Part shown: piece after piece, positions 63,743 to 64,000 of the stretch | Layout: the number at the start of each line of letters is the position of its first letter | Numbering within the stretch: the stretch's first letter is position 1 | IMG/VR virus record: IMGVR_UViG_3300042317_000390 | Span: 1 to 64,000 of that record | Direction: 5' to 3' (one strand) | Length of the DNA stretch: 64,000 bases | From: a virus | Made by a program: the position numbers and the translations under genes | The notes under the pieces: generated by a model | The model's input: only the letters and a program-made list of their open reading frames with translations | What the model was told of the DNA's origin: nothing | Database searches by the model: none

Positions 63743-64000
63743 ATGGCGCACTTGATTGAAGAGATTAACGGCAAAGCCCAAATGGCTTACGCCGGTGACG
63801 TTCCTTGGCACGGTCTTGGTGTTAAGGTTCCCGCAGATTTAACTCCAGAACAGATGCTCGAAGCAGCTGGATTAAACTGGGGTGTCTATAAGGTTCCAGC
63901 TTTCGCAAAGGTTAACGGCGTAAACGTTGACGTTAATCGTTCTGCGCTCGTTCGTGATCTGGACGATAAGGTTCTAGACGTTGTATCCAATGACTGGAAT
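63743..64000 (+). CDS. DUF932-family protein (partial, runs off the window)
   Basis: MAH.IE......MAY.G.VPWHGLG..V...LT...ML.AAGL.W.V; TTTACT-N16-TATAAT promoter at 63682-63709. Confidence 0.8.
   Translation, partial: MAHLIEEINGKAQMAYAGDVPWHGLGVKVPADLTPEQMLEAAGLNWGVYKVPAFAKVNGVNVDVNRSALVRDLDDKVLDVVSNDWN

Noticed and set aside
1-64000. Diversity-generating retroelement, retron, integrase or IS element
   Set aside because: No reverse transcriptase, recombinase or transposase motifs were recognised in any ORF.

Overview
A 64-kb segment of a large, AT-rich, T4-like myovirus of the 'pmoC-phage' type. The likely host is an alphaproteobacterial methanotroph (Methylocystis/Methylosinus-like), inferred from the PmoC sequence and from GC-rich captured DNA. 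Positions 1-36.6 kb are almost all minus strand. They carry class II RNR (nrdJ), thyX plus a truncated second thyX, two paralogous HNH endonucleases, primase gp61, and a late block of virion/internal-head proteins with an embedded Dps. They also carry Bfd, helicase gp41, UvsX, DNA polymerase gp43, holin plus M15 endolysin, hsp20, a stand-alone pmoC and spanins. Positions 36.7-55.2 kb are a plus-strand region of short genes in repeated promoter-RBS cassettes, ending in a repeat-rich non-coding tract. Positions 55.4-60.1 kb hold small minus-strand genes. Positions 60.2-64 kb hold small plus-strand genes, tRNA-Gln(UUG) and a partial DUF932 gene. Four observations stand out: (1) a fully covarying structured leader shared by both HNH genes; (2) a ~520-bp GC-rich insert stitched from two unrelated bacterial loci, one being the 3' end of acs, and fused in frame into a phage gene; (3) a candidate late ncRNA bounded by a promoter and terminator; (4) structured leaders on pmoC, hsp20 and gp43. 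All family assignments come from motif recognition by eye; no searches were run.
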